Assembly: GCA_031366795.1 (NCBI GenBank)
Contig: JANLOX010000295.1
Location: 1-21,351 of the forward strand
Length of the DNA stretch: 21,351 nt
Origin: Candidatus Eiseniibacteriota bacterium
GTDB taxonomy: Bacteria; Eisenbacteria; RBG-16-71-46
Direction: 5' to 3'
The first letter of the stretch is position 1. The number at the start of each line of letters is the position of its first letter. Under the pieces are notes generated by a model that searched no databases, was not told the DNA's origin, and was given only the letters and a program-made list of their open reading frames with translations. Shown here piece by piece: positions 7,638 through 15,383 of this stretch. The position numbers and the translations under genes are program-made.

Positions 7638-7980
7638 GGGTGCCGCGGAGATTGCGGGCAAATCAGCCTGGCCGCATCGAGGCGCCTCGCCCCGAGCAAC
7701 CAGCCCAGACGATTCATGAAGCGCGTACCGTCGCGGGCCCAGCAATTTCGCGACGCTCTGGTGACGCTTCGAGAATGCAATGGCTTCGCGTTTGTGACGC
7801 GAACGTGAACGCGCAGGTGAAGTGGCTCCGCGCGCCTACGGCGATATTAATATGGCGGTAGCCCGGGCAGGCACCGGCAATGACTGCTCGGGCAGCGCGG
7901 GGGGATGAAAGTGCCGGCACGTGACCCCATGACACCGTGTCATCGCATCCCCCGCACCACCCCCATCCTCCGCCGCACAA

Positions 7981-8376
7981 TCAGGCCTGCATCCGCTGCG
8001 AGCCGAACTGGCCGAGCAGCGTGTTGATCCTGTCCACGAGCTTGCGGGGACTGAACGGCTTGGTGATGTAATCGTCCGCGCCCACATCGAAGCCCACCTT
8101 CTGGTCCGTGTGCCGTCCCTTCGCCGACAGCAGGATCACCGGGATGTGCTTGGTCCGGTCGTCGGCTTTGAGCATTTTGCAGGTCTCGTAGCCATCCAGC
8201 TTCGGCATCATGATGTCCAGCACGATGAGATCAGGCTGCTCAGCGCGTGCACGTTCGAGCGCCTGCTCGCCGTCCAGTGCGGTCAGCACTTCATAACCTT
8301 CCATACCCAGACTGAAGTCGAGGATATGGACGATGTAGATCTCGTCGTCGACCACTAGAATCTTGCCCTTCGCCAT
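7981..8376 (-). CDS. Single-domain response regulator (receiver only), 131 aa
   Basis: ILVVDDE, DLIVLDIMMP (phospho-Asp), LLSAK, YITKPF; no output domain; strong RBS GAGGAGGTG upstream. Confidence 0.93.
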   Translation of the reverse strand: MAKGKILVVDDEIYIVHILDFSLGMEGYEVLTALDGEQALERARAEQPDLIVLDIMMPKLDGYETCKMLKADDRTKHIPVILLSAKGRHTDQKVGFDVGADDYITKPFSPRKLVDRINTLLGQFGSQRMQA

Positions 8377-8391
8377 GTTCGGTTCACCTCC

Positions 8392-11148
8392 TCAAGGGGT
8401 TGCGGCGGTCGGGTTCGTGGAAGCCGCCGCTTCCGGTCCGTTGTTCGTGTCCATCTGCTCAAGCGCGCGGGGCAGCACCAACACGACCCGTGGGTCGAAC
8501 TGCACCCCGCTCAACCGCTCGATTTCACGCAGCGCCTCCGCCCGCGAAATCGCCGGGCGGTGGGAACGCCCCACCGTCATGCTCTCGAATGCATCCACCA
8601 CCGACAGGATGCGGCCGCCAATGGGAATCTCGTCGCCTTTCAGTCCGCGCGGATAACCGCTGCCGTTCCACCACTCGTGGTGGGACAGCACCAGCTCGCG
8701 CACGCCGCCGGCAGTCTCCAGCGGTGACAACAGGTCGGCGCCCGCTTCGGGGTGCCGGTGGACCTGCTCGCGCTCGTCGGCCGTCAGGCCACCCGAACCT
8801 TCTGTGACCGCCTCGCCCACCGTGCGCATCCCGACGTCATGCACGCTGGCCGCGAAGCTCACGACTCCGACCTGGTCCTCGGGTAATCCCAGCTCGCGCG
8901 ACACCGCGCGAGCGAGGCGCACGCGGTTCGGCGCATTGCGGCGGCCGCGCTCGAGGTGACGCAGCACTTGGCGCAGCGCGTGAGCCGTGTCGGCGATGCC
9001 CACCTGCTGCTGCTGCGCCTCGAGCGCCTGCCGCCATGCGGTGGCGATACGCTGTGACAGCTGCAGGAACAGGTGGCAGTCCTCGGCATCGAACTGCTTC
9101 TGCTGCACCGGATCGGTGGCGTTCAGCACACCCAATAGGCGGCCGTCGTGCTCGATCGGCACCGAGAGGAAGGTGCGGCTCTCGTAGAGCTTTCGCCCGC
9201 TGCCCGCGACTTCTGGATGCTCCTCGGCGCCCGACATGCACACCGGTCGGCGATTGATGGCGACCCACCCGGCGATGCCACTGCCCGGCTCGATACGCAC
9301 ACGGCGCACGACGTCTTCATCGATTCCCATGGCGGCGCGAATGACCAGCGCGCCGTCCGGGCCTGGGCACAACAGTGAAACGACGCGCGCGCCCATCACC
9401 TCGGCGACCATCTCGATGGCCAAACGCAGGATGTCGGCGGGTGCTGCTTCTGGCTCGGGACCCGGCTGCACCACGACACGCTGCTTGGCGCGGCGCGGCA
9501 GGCGCACGGTGAAGTACGAGCCCTCATCCGGCTTGCTGTCGGCGTGAATGCGTCCGCCGTGGTACTCGACGATCGACTTGCAGATCGCAAGCCCCAAGCC
9601 TGTCCCGCCATAACGGCGCACCAGCGAGGAGTCCACCTGGTAGAAGCGTTCAAAGACACGCTCGAGCGACTCCCGGGGAATACCGATCCCGGTGTCGATC
9701 ACATCGAGCCCAACTTCGGCGCCTTCCCCGGACAGCACAAAAGTCACCGTTCCTCCCGGTGGCGTGAACTTGACCGCATTGTTGCCAAGATGGAGCGCGA
9801 GTTGGCGCATCTGGTCCCGGCTGGCATCCACGCGGGTATCGGCTTGCGAGCCCTCCAGCTTGAGGGTGACCCGACCCACCTGGGCGAGGGGCTCGAGAAG
9901 TTGCAACGTTTCGCGGACGACTTCGCCCATCTCGACCGTCTGCCGCGAGCTGTGGATCGCCCCGGAATCAAAGCGGTTCAAGTCCAGCAGCGACTCGATC
10001 AGGCGGGACAGCCGCTGGGACTCCTCATTGATGATGGTGAGGAAGTGCTTCGCCTGCTGGTGGGTGATCTCGCCATACCCGGCGCCGAGCATGGTGTCGA
10101 CGAACGCCCTGATCGCCGTGACCGGGGTGCGCAGCTCGTGCGAGACGGTCGAGAGGAAGTTCGCCTTGAGCTGGTGCATCTCCAGGTGCAGCCGCTGGGC
10201 CTCCGCCAGCTCGCGCGCCTGGCGCTCGGCCTCGCGGTACAGCCGCGCATTCTCGATCGCCACCACGGCATGGTGCCCATAGATCTCGAGCAGTTCGACG
10301 ACTTCACGCGAGGGCACCAGCCGGTCTTCCGGATCGTCCACCGAGAAGTACGCCACCAGCTCCTGGTCGCGGTTGAACAGCGGCACGAACAGGATGTCGG
10401 CGGCGTGCCACTCCCATTCCTTGCGCGCCCCCAGTTCCGGCTTGACGCCATCGGGCAGCGTGCGATTGAAGGGGTGCGTGTGACTGATGAAGTACGAGTG
10501 GCTGACCCGGAACTCGTCGCGCAGCCACGACAGGAACTCGTCCACCGTGATCTCGCGGTTCTCGAGCTGCGCCCGCGCGGCGTCGTCCACGCCGGCGAAG
10601 GCGCGCGCCCGCAACCGCGGCGTGCCCGCTTCGCGCATGCGTATCAGCACCATGCGGAAACCGAGACTGTCGCGGATCGTCGCGGCGACGCGCTCGAGCA
10701 GGGCGTCCAGATCGAGCTCGGAGTTGATGCGGCTGATGTTCTCGAGGATCAGGTGCAGCTTCTGCGCGCGCTTGCGGTTTTCTTCCAGCTGGTTGAAGTA
10801 GAGGCGGCTCAAGCGCTGCTTGGCGGACGACAGGTCGGCGACCTGCGCGCGCAGCGTGGCGAGTTCGGCGACGCTGTCCGCACCGGCCGGGACCGCAGCA
10901 GGTGCGGCGAAGGCCGTGTCCACGCCCGGCTCGCCGAGCGGATGCTGCGGCAGTTCGGCCGAGGACAGCGGCATCGCGTCCGGCGGCGAGTCGCCCTCGG
11001 GAAATGCCGGCGTATCGGGCAGCGGCGCTCCCGCCGTCTCGGCCATCTGCTTCTTGAGCCTGGAGACTTCACGGCGCAGCACGTCAAGCTGACCGCGCTG
11101 GCGTATTTCGTTCGCCGAGGGTTCGTCGGGCCGGCGGTTCAACTTCAT
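8392..11148 (-). CDS. Cytoplasmic hybrid sensor: coiled coil-GAF-HisKA-HATPase-GAF-HD-GYP, 918 aa
   Basis: GAF ending 'AVVAIENARLY'; H box FLSTVSHELRTP; N box LGNNAVKFT; G1 DTGIGIP; F box FERFYQVD; G2 GGTGLGLAIC; second GAF (GIAGWVA...FLSVPI...GVLN); HD-GYP motifs HDVG, HPEAG, HHEWWNGSGYPRGLKG, QFDP. ATG overlaps the upstream stop (ATGA); RBS GAGGAG at 11155-11160. Confidence 0.9.
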   Translation of the reverse strand: MKLNRRPDEPSANEIRQRGQLDVLRREVSRLKKQMAETAGAPLPDTPAFPEGDSPPDAMPLSSAELPQHPLGEPGVDTAFAAPAAVPAGADSVAELATLRAQVADLSSAKQRLSRLYFNQLEENRKRAQKLHLILENISRINSELDLDALLERVAATIRDSLGFRMVLIRMREAGTPRLRARAFAGVDDAARAQLENREITVDEFLSWLRDEFRVSHSYFISHTHPFNRTLPDGVKPELGARKEWEWHAADILFVPLFNRDQELVAYFSVDDPEDRLVPSREVVELLEIYGHHAVVAIENARLYREAERQARELAEAQRLHLEMHQLKANFLSTVSHELRTPVTAIRAFVDTMLGAGYGEITHQQAKHFLTIINEESQRLSRLIESLLDLNRFDSGAIHSSRQTVEMGEVVRETLQLLEPLAQVGRVTLKLEGSQADTRVDASRDQMRQLALHLGNNAVKFTPPGGTVTFVLSGEGAEVGLDVIDTGIGIPRESLERVFERFYQVDSSLVRRYGGTGLGLAICKSIVEYHGGRIHADSKPDEGSYFTVRLPRRAKQRVVVQPGPEPEAAPADILRLAIEMVAEVMGARVVSLLCPGPDGALVIRAAMGIDEDVVRRVRIEPGSGIAGWVAINRRPVCMSGAEEHPEVAGSGRKLYESRTFLSVPIEHDGRLLGVLNATDPVQQKQFDAEDCHLFLQLSQRIATAWRQALEAQQQQVGIADTAHALRQVLRHLERGRRNAPNRVRLARAVSRELGLPEDQVGVVSFAASVHDVGMRTVGEAVTEGSGGLTADEREQVHRHPEAGADLLSPLETAGGVRELVLSHHEWWNGSGYPRGLKGDEIPIGGRILSVVDAFESMTVGRSHRPAISRAEALREIERLSGVQFDPRVVLVLPRALEQMDTNNGPEAAASTNPTAATP

Positions 11149-12113
11149 GCCGCACTCCTCGCCGCGCGCGCGCCCGTGGGCGGGCGGCGGCGGCGTTCGC
11201 CGACGAGAACGCTGCCGGCGATGCCCTTGCCATGCGCCTTGAGCTCCTGCGAAATGTCGAGCAACTGCGCCGCGTGCGAGACCGGCATGCGCTCGGTGCT
11301 GACCATCGCGATGGTGATGCTCATCAACGGGAAGCGCTCGAGCTGGTGCTGGCGGTTGCGCACCTCGATATAGCCGCGCTCGCGATCCGCGGGGTCGTAG
11401 AGCGTGATCACCTGATGGTCGAACTGGGCGATGATCTCCTCGCCCAGGTCCTCGGCGAACTCAGGCCCCGTCACGACAATGAAGTCATCGCCACCGATGT
11501 GGCCGACGAATCCGGAATCGCCACCGAGCCGCTGCGAGGCATCCACCAGCACATGGGCCAGCGTGCGAATGGCCACGTCGCCGCGCGAGTAGCCATACAG
11601 GTCGTTGAACGCCTTGAAGTGATCGATGTCGAGCTGAAGCAGCGAGAAGGCCTTGGCAGCGCTCAGCCGGCGGTTGATCTCATCGCCGATGGAGGCATTG
11701 CCCGGCAGTCCCGTCAGCGGGCTCGCCGAGCGCTGCTGCTGGCTCCACTCGAGTACGTTGCGTACGCGCAGCATGAGTTCGCGCACCGCCCACGGCTTGG
11801 TGACGTAGTCGTTGGCGCCCCCTTCGAGTCCCTGCTCGATATCCTTTCCGTTGGTCTTGGCGGTCAGCATGATGATCGGGATGCTGCGCGTGGTGAACAT
11901 CGCGCGCAGGCGGCGGCAGGTTTCGTAGCCGTCCATGACCGGCATCATCACGTCGAGCAGGATCAGATCGGGGCTCTCGCGTTGCGCGAGCTCGAGCGAC
12001 TCCTGCCCATTGCAGGCCTCGAGCACGTCGTAGCCGGCGTTCTCGAGCTGCAACTTGAGGATCTCGCGCAGGTGCGGTTCGTCTTCCGTGATCAGGATCC
12101 TGGGCGTGGACAC
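11145..12113 (-). CDS. Response regulator / GGDEF-domain protein (REC-GGDDF), ~322 aa
   Basis: REC (ILITEDE, LILLDVMMP, MLTAK, VTKPW) followed by SPLTGLPGN, DIDHFKAFNDLYGYSRGD, GHIGGDDF. GTG start at 12113 after GGGGA; the ORF-track start at 12308 would span the promoter. Confidence 0.9.
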   Translation of the reverse strand: MSTPRILITEDEPHLREILKLQLENAGYDVLEACNGQESLELAQRESPDLILLDVMMPVMDGYETCRRLRAMFTTRSIPIIMLTAKTNGKDIEQGLEGGANDYVTKPWAVRELMLRVRNVLEWSQQQRSASPLTGLPGNASIGDEINRRLSAAKAFSLLQLDIDHFKAFNDLYGYSRGDVAIRTLAHVLVDASQRLGGDSGFVGHIGGDDFIVVTGPEFAEDLGEEIIAQFDHQVITLYDPADRERGYIEVRNRQHQLERFPLMSITIAMVSTERMPVSHAAQLLDISQELKAHGKGIAGSVLVGERRRRPPTGARAARSAA

Positions 12114-12172
12114 GCGGGGTTCCCCATAAGGATGGCATCGGGCTGTGGCGCAGTTTGTCATCCTGCGGAATG

Positions 12173-12187
12173 GCAATCCCTGTGCCA
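12173..12187 (-). promoter_or_regulatory. Sigma54 (RpoN) -24/-12 promoter for the REC-GGDEF / HK-HD-GYP / REC operon
   Basis: Minus strand reads TGGCAC-AGGGA-TTGC, an exact match to TGGCAC-N5-TTGC, 60 bp upstream of the GTG start and correctly oriented. Confidence 0.72.
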
Positions 12188-12396
12188 CACAATGGGTTCC
12201 GCGAACTGCCCCCCGTCCCGGCGGAAGTCGCGGTGGCCATTGCGGCTCGCAAGCGCATGTGGCGCTGGGCCGGAGCGGGTTTGGCGCCGACTCGTGCGCA
12301 CCGTGCAAGTTGCAATGCCGGCGCGCACGGGTGGGAAGGATCTGGCCGCGGGTTACCCCGGCTGGTCAGTATCCGTTCTACCTTAAGGGTGCCGCC

Positions 12397-13458
12397 CTAC
12401 GCCTCGAGCAGCGGCAAACCCGACTCTTCGAGCGACGCAGCCGCGTCGAGCCCGAGGTCCGCGACCGCGCCGCGTTCGAGCATCCAGGCGCCGACGAGCG
12501 CGATCATCGCGGCGTTGTCGGCGCACAGCCGCGGCGAGGGCACGCGGAAGGCGATGCCGCGCGCTTCGCATTCAGCGGCGAGCCGCGCGCGCAGTTCACG
12601 GTTGCACGCGACTCCGCCGCCCATGTTCAAGGCACGGGCGCCGGTGGCCTCGAGCGCACGCAGCGCCTTGATGGTGAGCGTGTCGACCACGGCGGCCTGG
12701 AACGACGCTGCCATGTCGGCGATGGTCGCTTGCGAGTAGGGCGTGGGTTCGCGCGACAGCGTGTGGAGCACTGCGGTCTTGAGGCCCGAGAACGAGAACT
12801 CGAAGCCGGGGCGGTCGAGCATCGGCCGCGGCAGCGCGAAGGCCTCGCGGTTCCCCGTGAGCGACAGCTTGTCGATGACCGGTCCACCCGGGAAGCCGAG
12901 CCCCATCAGCTTCGCCACCTTGTCGTAGGCCTCGCCCGCCGCGTCATCGAGCGTGCTGCCAAGCCAGCGATAGGCACCGAAATCGCGCACTTCCACGAGT
13001 TCGGTGTGGCCGCCCGAGACCACCATCGCAACCGCCGGGTAAGGGCTGTCGCCGTGCTCGAGTGCCGCGGCGTGCAGGTGCCCTTCGATATGGTTGACGC
13101 CGATGACGGGAATGCCGAGCCCCAACCCCAACGCCTTGGCGAACGCCACGCCGACGACGAGCGAGCCGACGAGCCCGGGCGCGCGCGTCACCGCGATGGC
13201 GGTGAGCTCGCTCGCCGCGAGTCCCGCATCGGCCAGCGCCCGCTCCACCAACGGCGGCAGTAGTTCGAGATGCGCGCGGGAGGCCAATTCGGGCACGACG
13301 CCCCCATAGAGCCGGTGCACATCCTGCGTGGCGATCAGGTGCGAACGCAGGACCGAGCCGCGCTCGAGGATGGCGACCGAGGTGTCGTCACACGAAGTCT
13401 CGATGGCGAGCAACAGACGCGCGGCGGGTGACTCGACGGGAGTCGGCAGCGTTGTCAT
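12397..13458 (-). CDS. tsaD: tRNA N6-adenosine threonylcarbamoyltransferase TsaD, ~353 aa
   Basis: LAIETSCDDTS, YGGVVPELASRAH, PGLVGSL, NHIEGH, VSGGHT, TLDDAAGEAYDKVA, FSFSGLKT, GGVACN, DNAAMIA. ATG 13458 overlaps the cutA stop (ATGA). Confidence 0.96.
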   Translation of the reverse strand: MTTLPTPVESPAARLLLAIETSCDDTSVAILERGSVLRSHLIATQDVHRLYGGVVPELASRAHLELLPPLVERALADAGLAASELTAIAVTRAPGLVGSLVVGVAFAKALGLGLGIPVIGVNHIEGHLHAAALEHGDSPYPAVAMVVSGGHTELVEVRDFGAYRWLGSTLDDAAGEAYDKVAKLMGLGFPGGPVIDKLSLTGNREAFALPRPMLDRPGFEFSFSGLKTAVLHTLSREPTPYSQATIADMAASFQAAVVDTLTIKALRALEATGARALNMGGGVACNRELRARLAAECEARGIAFRVPSPRLCADNAAMIALVGAWMLERGAVADLGLDAAASLEESGLPLLEA

Positions 13459-13784
13459 GAAGCCTCCGGCGCCAGACTCTCCTCGAGCCACGCCCCATAC
13501 TTGGGCGCCACTGCGGCCATGCGTACGGCGGTGCACTCGGGCGAGTCGTAGGGGTGTAAATCGTGCAGGCGCGAGAGCAGCGCTGTCCAGTCCTGCTTGC
13601 GCGTCTTGAGCATCACGACGACCTCGCGTTCGTCCACGATTCCGTCCTTCCAGCGGTAGATCGAGCGCGCGCCGGGCAGCAGGTTGCCGCAGGCGGCGAG
13701 CCGTTCCTCGACGAGCACGCGGATCACGCGCGCGGCGTCGTCCTCATTTGCGAACGTGGTGAACACGAGCAGCAAGTCGGTCAC
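13455..13784 (-). CDS. cutA: Divalent-cation tolerance protein CutA, ~109 aa
   Basis: LVEERLAACGN, SIYRWKD, E..MLKT, LHPYDSPE, Y..WL; GTG start with GGGAGGAG RBS. It is the C-terminal part of the 473-aa ORF-track entry, whose remainder is an antisense shadow. Confidence 0.93.
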   Translation of the reverse strand: MTDLLLVFTTFANEDDAARVIRVLVEERLAACGNLLPGARSIYRWKDGIVDEREVVVMLKTRKQDWTALLSRLHDLHPYDSPECTAVRMAAVAPKYGAWLEESLAPEAS

Positions 13785-13817
13785 GTGAGGCTCCTCCCTA
13801 AGCATTGGCGGGTGGAA

Positions 13818-13827
13818 AGTGTAGCAT
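13818..13827. promoter_or_regulatory. Putative bidirectional overlapping -10 elements between cutA and the ABC ATPase
   Basis: Minus strand TG-C-TACACT (extended -10, 13826-13818) overlaps plus strand TAGCAT (13822-13827) within a 51-bp divergent gap. Confidence 0.45.
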
Positions 13828-13835
13828 GCGAGCGT

Positions 13836-15383
13836 ATGCACGCCGCGACGACGAACGCCCAACCGCGCACTCCCGCGATCTCGCTGCAGCACATCACCCG
13901 CCGCTGCGGCGCGGTGATCGCGAACAACGATGTCACGCTCGACATCGTCCCCGGCCGCATCCATGCGTTGGTGGGCGAGAACGGCGCGGGCAAGACAACG
14001 CTGATGCGCATCGCCTACGGCCTGCTCACGCCGGACTCCGGCCAGGTCACGATCGACGGCCGCCCGGTCCACTTCCGCCGCCCCGCCGATGCCATGCGGC
14101 ACGGCATCGGCATGGTCCACCAGCATTTCATGCTCGTCGACACGTTGACCGTGGCAGAGAACATCTGCCTCGGCCGCGAGCCACGCGGCGCCTTCGGCGC
14201 GCTCGACCGCGCCGCGGCGGAACGCGACGTCGCCGAACGCTCGGCACGCCATGGCCTGCCGGTCAATCCCAAGGCGCGCGTCTCGACGCTGTCGGTGGGC
14301 GAACAACAGCGTGTCGAGATTCTTAAAGCCCTGCACCACGGCGCGCGCGTGCTGATCCTCGATGAGCCCACGGCGGTCCTGACGCCACAGGAAGTGGACG
14401 GACTGTTCCTGCTCCTGCGCGAACTCCAGCGCGAAGGCACCAGCATCATGCTGATCACCCACAAGCTCGCCGAAGTGAAGGCGCTCGCCGAGCACGTCTC
14501 GGTGATGCGCGCGGGCCGGATCGTGGGTGAAGCCGCCACCCAGGACGTGTCGATCGAAACCATCGCCGGCATGATGATGGGCCGCCCGATGGCGCCGCGG
14601 CATGCGCGCACAATCGTGGCGCCCGGCGCCCCGCTGCTCGAGGCGCGAGGACTCGAGGTGTGCGACGAGCGCGGACTCCCGGCCGTGCGCGCCGTGTCCT
14701 TCGCGGTGCGCGCCGGCGAGATCGTCGGTATCGCCGGCGTCGAAGGCAACGGCCAGCATGAGTTGATCGAAGCGCTCGCCGGCCTGCGGCGCGCCCAGCA
14801 GGGCGAGTTGTCGATCGCGGGCCAGCGCGTGCACGGCCGCTCGGCCAGGGAGCACACCCGCGCCGGACTCGCCCACGTGCCCAGCGACCGCCTACGCCGC
14901 GGTATGGTGGCTGCGTTCTCGCTCGCGGAGAACCTGGTCCTGGGCCGCCAGCGCGAGCCTGCCGCCGGCGAGGGCCCCTTCCTGCCGCCCGCCCGGCTCG
15001 CCGCGCGCGCCCTGCCGCTGCTCAAGGAGTTCGACGTGCGCCCTGCCGACCCGCGCGCCATCACGGGACAGTTGTCCGGCGGCAACCAGCAGAAGTTGGT
15101 GGTCGCGCGCGAGCTGACGCGCGGCGCGCGCGTGGTGCTGGTGGCGCACCCGACACGCGGCGTCGATCTCGGGGCAATCGAATTCATCCATGGCCGGTTG
15201 CGCGAGGAACGCGCCGCGGGACGCGCGGTGCTGCTGGTGTCGTCCGAGCTGTCGGAGATCCTCGAGCTCAGCGACCGCATCCTCGTCATGTACGGGGGCA
15301 GCATCGTCCATGAAACAACGGCCGAGGGCGCGGATGAGCGCACCCTCGGCCAGTACATGTTGGGCAAGAACGCGGCGGATTAA
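13836..15383 (+). CDS. ABC transporter ATP-binding protein, CUT2 sugar/nucleoside type with tandem NBDs, ~515 aa
   Basis: Walker A GENGAGKTT, GIGMVHQHFML, LSVGEQQRVEILKAL, LILDEPTAVL, ITHKL; second NBD with degenerate Walker A GVEGNGQ, LSGGNQQK, PTRGVD, VSSEL. Start placed at ATG 13836, clear of cutA. Confidence 0.92.
   Translation: MHAATTNAQPRTPAISLQHITRRCGAVIANNDVTLDIVPGRIHALVGENGAGKTTLMRIAYGLLTPDSGQVTIDGRPVHFRRPADAMRHGIGMVHQHFMLVDTLTVAENICLGREPRGAFGALDRAAAERDVAERSARHGLPVNPKARVSTLSVGEQQRVEILKALHHGARVLILDEPTAVLTPQEVDGLFLLLRELQREGTSIMLITHKLAEVKALAEHVSVMRAGRIVGEAATQDVSIETIAGMMMGRPMAPRHARTIVAPGAPLLEARGLEVCDERGLPAVRAVSFAVRAGEIVGIAGVEGNGQHELIEALAGLRRAQQGELSIAGQRVHGRSAREHTRAGLAHVPSDRLRRGMVAAFSLAENLVLGRQREPAAGEGPFLPPARLAARALPLLKEFDVRPADPRAITGQLSGGNQQKLVVARELTRGARVVLVAHPTRGVDLGAIEFIHGRLREERAAGRAVLLVSSELSEILELSDRILVMYGGSIVHETTAEGADERTLGQYMLGKNAAD

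Noticed and set aside
9544..11373. 609-aa plus-strand ORF, and similar long ORFs at 3404-4705, 11232-12386, 12145-13263, 14015-15367, 15653-16825 and 17003-18436
   Set aside because: Antisense shadows of well-supported genes, expected in high-GC DNA; no recognisable motifs.
12341..12370. c-di-GMP-I riboswitch-like 3' word (GCGGGTTACC) near the c-di-GMP operon
   Set aside because: Wrong strand for that operon and lacks the GCAAA/GNRA tetraloop-receptor core; more likely a simple hairpin after tsaD.
13785..14876. 473-aa ORF ending in CutA, suggesting a CutA fusion protein
   Set aside because: The upstream part is the antisense shadow of the ABC ATPase; CutA has its own strong RBS and GTG start.
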